Shown here piece by piece: positions 9,598 to 18,200 of a stretch of DNA of 32,801 nucleotides. Below the pieces are notes generated by a model. It made no database searches. It was not told the origin of the DNA and saw only the letters and a list, made by a program, of their open reading frames with translations. How positions within the stretch are numbered: position 1 is the stretch's first letter; every line of letters begins with the position of its first letter. Source of the DNA: Verrucomicrobiales bacterium (GTDB lineage Bacteria; Verrucomicrobiota; Verrucomicrobiia; Limisphaerales; SIBH01). Made by a program: the position numbers and the translations under genes. The stretch covers positions 1-32,801 of the forward strand of contig CANMZY010000001.1 of NCBI GenBank assembly GCA_947502425.1. Direction: 5' to 3'.

Positions 9598-9614
9598 CCC
9601 CCCAACTTCTCCCC

Positions 9615-11012
9615 TCACGCAATCACATCCAGCACCGGCTTGCCATCCGCGATGAGCACCGGGCGCTGCTGGGTGTTGCGGACTTCCGTGTGCGGGTCAA
9701 TGCCGAGCAGGTGATAGATGGTCGCGGCGAGATCGTCGGGGCGCACCGGTTTCTCGGCGGGATAGGAGCCGGTCTGGTCGGACGCGCCATAGACGAAGCC
9801 GCGCTTGATGCCGCCGCCGCAGAGAAGAGTGGTGTAGCACTGCGGCCAATGATCGCGGCTGGCGTTCTTGTTGATGTTCGGCGTGCGCCCGAATTCCCCC
9901 ATCCAGACGACGAGCGTGGTGTCGAGCAGGCCGCGCGTTTCGAGATCGTTGAGAAAGGTTGGCAGCGTGTGCTCGGTGATCGGCAGGTGATACTTCTCGA
10001 TGATGGGATACATCTTCGTGTTGTTGAACCCGTGCGTGTCCCAGCCGCCGCCGTCGGTCTTCTGGCCGCCGATGTTGTCGGAGAAATACACCGTCACGAA
10101 TTTTGTCCCCGCCTCGACCAACCGCCGCGCGAGCAGGCAGCTCTGTCCGTAGGTGGTGCGCCCGTAGGCCTCGCGCATGACCGCCGGTTCCTCGGCGAGG
10201 TTGAAGGCCTTGCGAAGCCGGGGCGATTGTAGCATGGCCATCGCCTTGTCGTAGTAGGTGTCGAACCCGCGCGCCGCCGGGTGGTCCATCAGGCGCGCCT
10301 GCTGATCGACGAGCTTCTGCAGTTCGCGCCGCGCCTGCATCCGCTCGAACGAAATGTTCGCGGGCAAACTGAGTTCCGGCAGACTGAAGTTCGGCGAGTT
10401 CGGGTCCTGCGCGAAGAAAAACGGGTCGTGGTTCTTGCCGAGAAAACTGGCGTGCTGTCCGGGCGTCACCGAGCCGTCGCCGATCACATAAGGGTAGGAA
10501 ACGGAGGTCGGCATTTCCGCGCCGCTGGGAGAAAGCAAATCCACCACCGAGCCGTAACAGGGGAACAGGTCAATCGAATCGCGCAGGCGCTGGTCGTCGG
10601 TCGCGGGCGCGTGACCGCTCAGGGCGTAGTAGGCCGCCGAGTTATGATTGTTCATCGTGTGGTGCATCGACCGGATGAGCGTCACCTTGTCCATGATCTT
10701 CGCCGTCTTCGGCAGATGCTCGGAAACCTGGATGCCGTCCGCGCTGCTGGAGATCGGCTTGTGCGGGCCGCGCACATTTTCCACGGCGTCGGGTTTCATG
10801 TCGAACATGTCGATGTGGCTCGGCCCGCCGAACTGGAAAAGAAACACCACCGATTTCACGCGCGACTTGGCGGCCTTCGCAGCGGGCGCGGACTCGGCGC
10901 GCAGCAGTCCGGGCAGGGTAAGTCCGAGCAGGCCCAGCCCGCCGACCTTGAGCGCATGACGGCGTGAAAATTTTTCAGCGGCGAAACTGGAACACGAAAA
11001 GGGACGGTTCAT
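9615..11012 (-). CDS. DUF1501 domain protein (sulfatase/alkaline-phosphatase-like fold), Tat-signal bearing
   Basis: MNRPFSCSSFAAEKFSRRHALKVGGLGLLGLTLPGLLRAES is a Tat-type leader. The body resembles the DUF1501 family (FGGPSHIDMFD..., GGWDTHG, MGEFGRTP). The start at 11012 is 4 nt after the stop of the upstream DUF1549/DUF1553 partner; ATG 11033 is the alternative. Confidence 0.9.
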   Translation of the reverse strand: MNRPFSCSSFAAEKFSRRHALKVGGLGLLGLTLPGLLRAESAPAAKAAKSRVKSVVFLFQFGGPSHIDMFDMKPDAVENVRGPHKPISSSADGIQVSEHLPKTAKIMDKVTLIRSMHHTMNNHNSAAYYALSGHAPATDDQRLRDSIDLFPCYGSVVDLLSPSGAEMPTSVSYPYVIGDGSVTPGQHASFLGKNHDPFFFAQDPNSPNFSLPELSLPANISFERMQARRELQKLVDQQARLMDHPAARGFDTYYDKAMAMLQSPRLRKAFNLAEEPAVMREAYGRTTYGQSCLLARRLVEAGTKFVTVYFSDNIGGQKTDGGGWDTHGFNNTKMYPIIEKYHLPITEHTLPTFLNDLETRGLLDTTLVVWMGEFGRTPNINKNASRDHWPQCYTTLLCGGGIKRGFVYGASDQTGSYPAEKPVRPDDLAATIYHLLGIDPHTEVRNTQQRPVLIADGKPVLDVIA

Positions 11013-11016
11013 AAGC

Positions 11017-13257
11017 TTATCTCCGAAATACAAATTCCTTCGAGTTCAGCAGCGCCCACTCGATGTCTTCCAGTTCGGCGCGCTTGTCCTTTGCCGCCTT
11101 GAGACGGGGAGCAAGCCGGTCCAGTTCCGTCGCGGTCGGCGCGCGCGAAAGCGTGGCCCAGTATAATTCCGTGAGCATCGCGCGTTCGTCCTGGCCGCCC
11201 GCCACCAGCCGGCCCAGGCGATTTCCCTTCCGCGTGAGCAGCTCGTTCAGCAGCGGGCCGCTCACGAACTGGAAGGCCTGACCCATGGTCGTTTCATTCG
11301 AGCGTTCGCTTTCCGAGCAGACCAGGCGCGGCGGCTTGCCGAACGCCGCGAGAAACTTGTCCTCCGCCGAGGTCAGCGGCTTGTAGTGCTTGCGGCCCTC
11401 GATCACCTGCGAGATGCGGGTGATCTTGGGCTGGTCCTTCAACTGGAGCGGCGCGCCGGTGGCAAGGGTTTGCGAATCGAGCAGTTGCTCGGCGCTCAGC
11501 CGGCGCAGGCGGTTGTGCGAATAATTGATTTCGTCGTCGTCGTTCGTGTCGTTCGGCTCGGAGGCGAGCTGGTAGGTGCGGGAGTTCATCACCACCCGGA
11601 TCAGGTGGCGCAGATCAAACTGATGATCGGCCAGCTCCCGGGCCAGCTCCCCGATTAGTTCGGGGTGCGACGGCGGATTGCTCGCGCGAAAATCATCGAC
11701 CGGCTCGACGAGGCCGCGGCCCATCAGATGAAACCAGATGCGGTTCACCTGCATCTTCGCGAACCAGGAATTCTCGCGGCTGGCTAGCCAGTCGGCGAGC
11801 GCGTCGAGTTCGTCGCGGCCGGCCGGCAGTTTCAAATCGGCGATGGTTGAACCGCCGAGCAGGCGCGGCGTGGCGGGCTTGCCGAGGCGCGGATTGGTCC
11901 AGGCCGGGCTGTTCGTGAGGAAGACAATCTGGTCGCCCTTGAACTCCTGCTTGTCACTCTCGTCCTTGCGTTTGTTTTCGAGAATCTTGTAGTCCACGCG
12001 CGCGAAGACCGCCGTCCAGTTGTGATAATCATCCTGCGTCCAGCGCTCGAAGGGATGGTTGTGGCACTGCGCGCAGTTGAGCCGCGCGCCGAGGAAAAGC
12101 TGCGCGGTGTTCTCGGCGCGCTGCACCGGGGTGCGGTTGGCGCGATACCAGTTGGCCGCCCCGTTGGTGTAGGTGCTGCCGCGCGCGGAGACGAGTTCGC
12201 GCGCAAACTGGTCGAGCGGCTTGTTCGTGGCGATGCTCGCGCGAATCCAGCCGTGGAACCACTTCATGCCGTTTTCGTCGAGCTGCCGTTCCTCGATCCG
12301 CAGGAGGTCGGCCCACTTCATCGTCCAGAAATCCGCAAACTCCGGGCGTTGCAGTAGCGCCTCGACCAGCTTCGCGCGCTTGTCGGGCGCGGTGTCGGCG
12401 AGGAACACGCGGGCCTCGTCGCCGGTCGGAATCAGGCCGAGCAGGTCGAGGTGCGCGCGGCGGAGAAAAATTTCATCGGCGCACAACGGCGACGGATTCA
12501 TCCGCAGCGTGCGTAGCTTGGCGAAGACTGCGCGGTCGATGAAATTGTTTTCCGGCGGATTGCTCCATTTGAAATTCGGACGCTTCGGCACGAAGGCCAG
12601 CCGCACCGGCGTCTGCTTTTCGAGGAAGCGGACGATGACCGTCGTCTCGCCGGGACGCTGGCTGGTCACGAGGCCGTCGGGGGAAACGCTCACCAGCAGA
12701 TTCGCCGGATCATAGACCGCGAGTCGCGAAACGTCGCGCTCCCAGCCGTCGGTGAAGATTGCGCGCGCCTGCAACTGCACCGTGCGCTTCGGTTCGAGCA
12801 GCACCAGTTCGGACGGGGTGACTTCGAGCCGCGCGAGCTGGCGGGCGGTCGCGCCGTCGTCCTTCGCGCCGGCGGCGACCCAGCGGGTCAACGTGCGCCC
12901 GGCGTCGGAATTGGCGCGCAACCGCTGCCCTCCTTCGTGGGCGAGGCCGGTGGTGGCCTTGAGCAGGAACAGGCTGTTCGCCGGTTCGAGGGGATTGACG
13001 CGGCGGCCGGACTGCTCGCGGGTGATGGCGAGCCAGTCGAGATCGGGGTCCTGGCCGCGCAGGGAAAGTTTGAAGCCGCCCTTGCCGTTGGCGTTGCCGT
13101 GGCAGGTGCCGGCGTTGCAGCCCAGCTTCGAGAGCAGCGGCATGACGTCGGTGCGGAAGGAGACGGGCGGCTCCGCCGCGAAGGCGGCCGGGCCGGGCAG
13201 GAATATCACCAACCCGGCGGCGAGGACGCGTGCGAGGATGGACTGGTTTGGTTTCAC
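11017..13257 (-). CDS. DUF1549/DUF1553 (PSCyt2/PSD1) protein with Ig-like domain
   Basis: GTG start at 13257 gives the signal peptide VKPNQSILARVLAAGLVIFLPGPAAFA. Then LGCNAGTCHG, a Big_2-like segment, the DUF1549 region (LRRAHLDLLGLIPT), CAQCHNHPFERW, and the DUF1553 region (NRIWFHLMGRGLVEPVDDF... MNSRTYQLAS). The 96 codons upstream in the listed ORF run through a repeat element and look non-coding. Confidence 0.85.
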   Translation of the reverse strand: MKPNQSILARVLAAGLVIFLPGPAAFAAEPPVSFRTDVMPLLSKLGCNAGTCHGNANGKGGFKLSLRGQDPDLDWLAITREQSGRRVNPLEPANSLFLLKATTGLAHEGGQRLRANSDAGRTLTRWVAAGAKDDGATARQLARLEVTPSELVLLEPKRTVQLQARAIFTDGWERDVSRLAVYDPANLLVSVSPDGLVTSQRPGETTVIVRFLEKQTPVRLAFVPKRPNFKWSNPPENNFIDRAVFAKLRTLRMNPSPLCADEIFLRRAHLDLLGLIPTGDEARVFLADTAPDKRAKLVEALLQRPEFADFWTMKWADLLRIEERQLDENGMKWFHGWIRASIATNKPLDQFARELVSARGSTYTNGAANWYRANRTPVQRAENTAQLFLGARLNCAQCHNHPFERWTQDDYHNWTAVFARVDYKILENKRKDESDKQEFKGDQIVFLTNSPAWTNPRLGKPATPRLLGGSTIADLKLPAGRDELDALADWLASRENSWFAKMQVNRIWFHLMGRGLVEPVDDFRASNPPSHPELIGELARELADHQFDLRHLIRVVMNSRTYQLASEPNDTNDDDEINYSHNRLRRLSAEQLLDSQTLATGAPLQLKDQPKITRISQVIEGRKHYKPLTSAEDKFLAAFGKPPRLVCSESERSNETTMGQAFQFVSGPLLNELLTRKGNRLGRLVAGGQDERAMLTELYWATLSRAPTATELDRLAPRLKAAKDKRAELEDIEWALLNSKEFVFRR

Positions 13258-13398
13258 GTTTCGTTGAGCAGGCTGGACGATAGCAAGGCGGCGGGAATGC
13301 GCAATGAAAGTGAGGCATGTGTTCCGACCTTGAACCACTAGCTCCCCGCCATGTTCAGTGGAATTAATTTGCGAGTGACCGGCAGTCAGAATCACGTC

Positions 13399-13592
13399 CG
13401 CCCTCACCCCGGCCCTCTCCCCCGAGGAGAGGGGGAAACGCCCGCCGCGCTTTGGTGATGCGAATGCGCCGAATGGGCACACGGTTATCTCCGCGAATGA
13501 TGAAGAAGCGGCGGCAACACGGAAATATTCGAGCTTTCCAACCACGCTGCGTTGCTCACCCTCTCCTCGGGGGAGAGGGCCGGGGTGAGGGC
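13399..13592. repeat. inverted pair of a 34-nt repeat (GCCCTCACCCCGGCCCTCTCCCCCGAGGAGAGGG) with 126-nt spacer
   Basis: 13399-13432 and 13559-13592 are exact reverse complements by hand comparison. Each arm contains its own hairpin, CCCTCTCC/GGAGAGGG. This produces the spurious SSGERAGVRA peptides in the ORF track. Confidence 0.75.
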
Positions 13593-13637
13593 GAGCGTAC
13601 CACTAACTTTCTCCCCGCAATGGGCTGTTTCACTTGC

Positions 13638-14507
13638 TTACACACCAAACAGCGCCCCTGGATTTTCCGCGCGGGCAAGGAACCGGCCTTTTTCCAAAAT
13701 CGTTTCAAACTTCCCGCCGCGCCAACGCCGCAGACGGTAGAGCGTGCCGAACATAAAATCCGGGGCCGCGCCGCCCTGGCCGCCGACGAGTTCCGTGCCA
13801 CGCCGCACATTGTCCATGAGCCATGCCGTCATGCGCAGATGATAGGGGTTGCGCTGGACTTCCCCGACGTGGAAGGAAAGCGCCGCCACCAGATCGGCCA
13901 CATCATCCTCGCTGGATTCAACCATCAGGTTCGGCGTGTCCATCGCGCCCCAGAATTCCGTCTCCACCGTGAAGCAGGAAAACCCGCCGCCCAGTTTCTG
14001 GAGCGCCTCCAGCACCAGATAATGCGTGCCGATGTGCGAACTGTTCCAGTCCTCGCCGTGCGGAAAGAAAATCACGCGCGGCTGCTGTTCCGCGAGAATC
14101 TCCGCGAGGCGCGCGACCGACGCCGACCACTGCGCGGGATTGGCGATGCGGCTTTTCAGGTTCACGCCTTCGAGACCGTTCGGCGCGGTCTGGAGTAGGC
14201 CAAAGCCGATGTGTTCGCAGCACGCGCGCAATTCCACGAGCCGCTCCGCCTGCCGCGCGCGGTTGCTGCCCTGCGTGACGGCGACGTTGACCACGTTCAT
14301 CCCGGACTCGCGCAAGAGCCGCAACCCCAGCCCGCCGATGATGACCTCGTCATCCGGGTGCGGCGAAAAAATCAGCGCCTTGGGCGCGTCCGCCGCTAGG
14401 AGCGGACGTGGACAGTTCGGCAATCCGCCGAGCGGATAAGTTTTGCCTTCGTGGGCGAGCCGGACGAATTCGGCGACGAGATGGCGATAGGTATTCATTG
14501 CCGCCAT
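13638..14507 (-). CDS. PIG-L/LmbE family N-acetylglucosaminyl deacetylase-like protein
   Basis: Diagnostic LIFSPHPDDEVIIGG motif plus downstream His/Asp-containing segments. Start uncertain: ATGs at 14507, 14498 and 14570. Confidence 0.8.
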   Translation of the reverse strand: MAAMNTYRHLVAEFVRLAHEGKTYPLGGLPNCPRPLLAADAPKALIFSPHPDDEVIIGGLGLRLLRESGMNVVNVAVTQGSNRARQAERLVELRACCEHIGFGLLQTAPNGLEGVNLKSRIANPAQWSASVARLAEILAEQQPRVIFFPHGEDWNSSHIGTHYLVLEALQKLGGGFSCFTVETEFWGAMDTPNLMVESSEDDVADLVAALSFHVGEVQRNPYHLRMTAWLMDNVRRGTELVGGQGGAAPDFMFGTLYRLRRWRGGKFETILEKGRFLARAENPGALFGV

Positions 14508-14584
14508 CAGAGCGGGATTGCGGGGGTAAATCAATCTTCGACGGGAAGCGCAACCTTGAAACGGATCCATCTTGACCCTGCCCT

Positions 14585-14650
14585 GGAACGCCAACTGCAG
14601 TCGGCAGCAACGACGCACCTCACGCTTCTGCCGACTGAAGTCGGCGTTCC
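14585..14650. repeat. palindromic intergenic element (two inverted 23-nt units, each with an internal 6-bp hairpin)
   Basis: GGAACGCCAACTGCAGTCGGCAG (14585-14607) versus CTGCCGACTGAAGTCGGCGTTCC (14628-14650): reverse complements with 2 mismatches. The internal hairpin is GCCGAC-TGAA-GTCGGC. Confidence 0.6.
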
Positions 14651-14818
14651 GAGACGCTCAATGGTTTTATTGGGAGGTAGTGTCAGAAAGGGAACTGGTT
14701 GGCCGTACAATCCTGACTAGACAACTACTTGGCGCATTTCACACTTCGTTCAACCTCAATATGGCGACAGAACCAATCACTCTCAGTCGCTCACCTAAAT
14801 CTTAGGTCGCTCGACACT

Positions 14819-15085
14819 ATGAAGACAGCAACACCCAAGTCGCGCACGCTGAAGGCGGCGGTTGCATGGAGCATTGCACAGCAGGTGCTCGTGTTCGCGT
14901 GGGCAAGTTTCACCGACCTGAATGTCTTCACTTCCACACAGATCACACTGCACGCGATAGCGGCGTATTGGGTTTGGTTTTTCGTTTTTGTCTGGAGGCG
15001 TCGCGCAGCGCTGACGCGCACGACGATATTGATGGTGACATGGGGATTCTTTGGCGCTTGGGTTCTGTCGTTCATCGTGAGCTAG
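14819..15085 (+). CDS. small (88 aa) polytopic membrane protein, hypothetical
   Basis: The inner Met of ORF 14729..15085 is followed by three hydrophobic segments (AAVAWSIAQQVLVFAWASF, ITLHAIAAYWVWFFVFVW, ILMVTWGFFGAWVLSFIV). It lies in a visibly lower-GC patch (about 14.6-15.35 kb). No family recognised. Confidence 0.5.
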   Translation: MKTATPKSRTLKAAVAWSIAQQVLVFAWASFTDLNVFTSTQITLHAIAAYWVWFFVFVWRRRAALTRTTILMVTWGFFGAWVLSFIVS

Positions 15086-15281
15086 ATGATTTGGTGGATC
15101 AGAGGATGGTAACCCGGCTATCACGCTCCGGTTGCAATCCCCTGCGTTTCGTCGGCCGGATCGTAATCTCGGCACTCATCATGTTTGCAGACGTCTTCTG
15201 GCAGCGTTCTCCGGGAGGGCTTCACATGTTTCTTCCCGAGAAATCCAACAATTTGCTGCTTCTCCAAGTGGTGCGTCAACG

Positions 15282-18200
15282 ATGCAGTGGCGTCGCCCTC
15301 TTCTCCAGCAGATGAATTTAGCCGCCCTTGTCCCTCCTCCCGTCGCACGCTATGGTGTCGCCATGATTCTCGGACAACTTGGAAGCGCGCGACGATTATT
15401 TTTCGTCGCGGCCTTCCTCCTCGGGACCGCTGCGGCTTTTGCCGAGAGCAGGGTTGTCCGGTTGCGCAACGAACGCATCGAGACGCCGGACAAAGTTCAG
15501 CAGCCCGTGCAATCGTTGGCGCAGAATCCCGCGCTGGCGCACACGGGTCTGTTTGTTTTGCAGTTCGACGGGCCGGTGCAGGCGGCGTGGAGCACGGAGT
15601 TGAAGAAGCGCGGCGTGACGCTGGTCCGCTACGTGCCCGACCACGCCTTCATCGCGCGCGCGGCCGGTGTGAAGCTGCGCGATCTCGAAGCCCTGTCCTT
15701 TGTGCGGTGGACGGGCGCGTTCCGTCCGGAGCACAAGGTTCACGGCGGGTTGCTGAATCAGAATGTCGCGGCGGCCGATGAGGTGGGCGTTTCCATCTTG
15801 CTCGCCGCCGATGCCACGCCGCCGCAGCTTGCGGGCGCGCGCGGGTTGATGAAGCGCGGTGCGTCGGAAACTGCGTCGCGGTTCGGCCAGGTCTGGCGCG
15901 GGCAGGTTACGCGCGCTCAGTTGAACGCGCTCGCCGCCTCTGACGCGGTGTTGTGGATCGAACGCGGGCCGCAGATCAGGCTCTTCGACGAGACGGCCTC
16001 CAAAATTGTCGGCGGTGATTCTGGCGCGCACCCGACCTACGTGCAAGCGCTCGGCTACGACGGCAGCGGCGTGGTGGTGGCCGTGGCGGACAGCGGATTG
16101 CATCTTGGCGACGCCAACCTCATGCACCCCGATCTGCTCGGTCGCGTTGACGCCTTGTTTTTTTACGGTGAACTCACCGACGCCTCGGACGAACACGGCC
16201 ACGGCACGCACGTCGCCGGCATCGTCGCGGCGAACGGCGCGACGGGCGAGATCGACGACTATGGGGCGTTGTGGGGATTGGGCGTCGCGCCGGGCGCGCA
16301 TGTCATCGCGCAGCGCATTTTCGATGGCGAAGGAAATTACGAGGCTCCTCCGAGCTTCTTCGATCTCACGCGCGACGCGGTGCAGGCCGGCGCGGACATC
16401 GGCTCGAACAGTTGGGGCGATGACACGCAGGGCCGCTACGATCTGAGCGCGGCGGAGTTTGACGGGTTGGTGCGGGACGCGGACGGCACGGGGCATCCGT
16501 ATATCCTGGAATTCTCGGCGGGCAACGCCGGGCCGGGCGCGCAGACCATCGGCAGCCCGGCGGTCGCGAAGAATGTCATCGCCACCGGGGCGGCGGAGAA
16601 CAACCGCTATGACTACTTCATCTACGATTCCGGGCAGGAAACGATGGCGGATTTTTCCAGCCGCGGCCCGTGCGAAGACGGGCGCATCAAGCCGGACCTG
16701 ACCGCGCCGGGCACCTGGATTTCCTCGCTGCGTTCGCCGGTGGGCAACGACGAGTTCGCCTGGGGGGACATTTCGTTTTTCTACATGTTCCAGGGCGGCA
16801 CGAGCCAGTCCGGTCCGCACGCCTCCGGCGCGGCGGCGGTCTTCGTGCAGTGGTATCGCGAGTCGCACACCAACGCCACGCCTTCGCCTGCGCTGGTCAA
16901 GGCCGCGCTGATCAACTCCGCCTTGGACATGGACGACGAAACAGGCGGCACCAGCCCGGCCCCGAACCATGACGAGGGCTGGGGCCAAATCGACCTCACG
17001 GAAATCATCGGGAGCGACCGCGTGTTTGATTTCGTCGATCAGGCCGTCACGCTTGCGACCGGCCAGCAATTCGAGCGGCACGTCATCATTTCGGATTCGA
17101 TTGAGCCGTTGAAGATCACGCTGGCCTACACGGACGTGCCGGGTTTCCCCGGCGCGCTCGCGGCGCTGGTCAACGATCTAGATCTGGAAGTGATCGCGCC
17201 GGACGGAACAACGTATCACGGCAACCAGTTTGAAGGCGGCGCATCCATTCCGAACGCGCCGGGTTACGATGCGATCAACAATGTCGAGGCCGTCCACATC
17301 ACAGTGCCGCTGCCGGGGGAATACATCGTCCGCATCCACGCGCGCAACGTCCCGTCCGATGCGCGCACGGACACCGTCGGGGTCGATCAGGATTTCGCGC
17401 TCGTCGCGTCCGGGATCATGCCGCCGGCGGGACAGGGGATCGTGTTTCTGGACCGCCCCGCCTATACCGCGCCGGGCGTGATGAAGATCAAGCTTATCGA
17501 CGCGAGTCTGGCCACTGGCGCGACGCCAAACGTGACGATCAAGAGCGCGACGGAGACGAACGGCTTCGCGCTCGTGCTGCATTCCGCGGGCTATCCCGGC
17601 AGTTTCACCGGCAGCGTGGCGACGGCGGCAGGCGCGGCGGCGAACGACGGCGTGTTGCAGATCGCGCATGGCAACTGGATTCGCGCCGAGTATTTCGATG
17701 TGTCCGCGAACGTGACGCGCACCGCCAGCGCCGTGGCCGATCTGCTGCCGCCGGTCATCACGAGCGTCGTCGAGGTGAACGAATACGGCGAGGCGGTCAT
17801 CACCTGGCTCACGGATGAACCGGTCACCTCCGTCGTGCGCTACAACACGAACACGCCGTTGAGCCTGGTCATCTCGAACAACTTTCTGGTGACTGGTCAT
17901 TCCGTGGTGGTGGCGAATTTTCAGCCGGGCAAGACGTACAAATACGCGGTGAGCGGCACGGACGCGGCGGGCAACACCTCCACGAACAACAACGGCGGCG
18001 TCTTCTTCATCTTCGTCGCGCCGACCAATGCCACGGTGCTGCTCGTCAACGCCTACACGTTCGACGACGCCAATTCAGACGCCGAGAAACTTCCGCTCAG
18101 TGTCTATACGAACGCCCTGCGCGCGGCGGGCATCAGCTTCGACGTGGTGAGTGTCACGAACCTCGGCATCGCGCGGCTGCGGCCGTATCCCGTCGTGATG

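Noticed and set aside
13452-14198. ORFs running through the CCTCACCCC/GGAGAGGG repeats (13452..14198 +, 13552..13740 +, 20522..20758 -, 20625..20888 +) with SPSDGER/GERAGVRA-type peptides.
   Set aside because: These peptide strings are the translation of hairpin repeats in either orientation. The ORFs cross intergenic repeats and antisense gene sequence.
14761-14805. A third copy of the upstream ATG element (ATGGCGACAGAACCAATCACTC...) before the small membrane-protein gene.
   Set aside because: The similarity is limited to short words (ATGGCGA, ATCACT). The frame ends in a stop (14803-14805) before the gene start. This is too weak to call.
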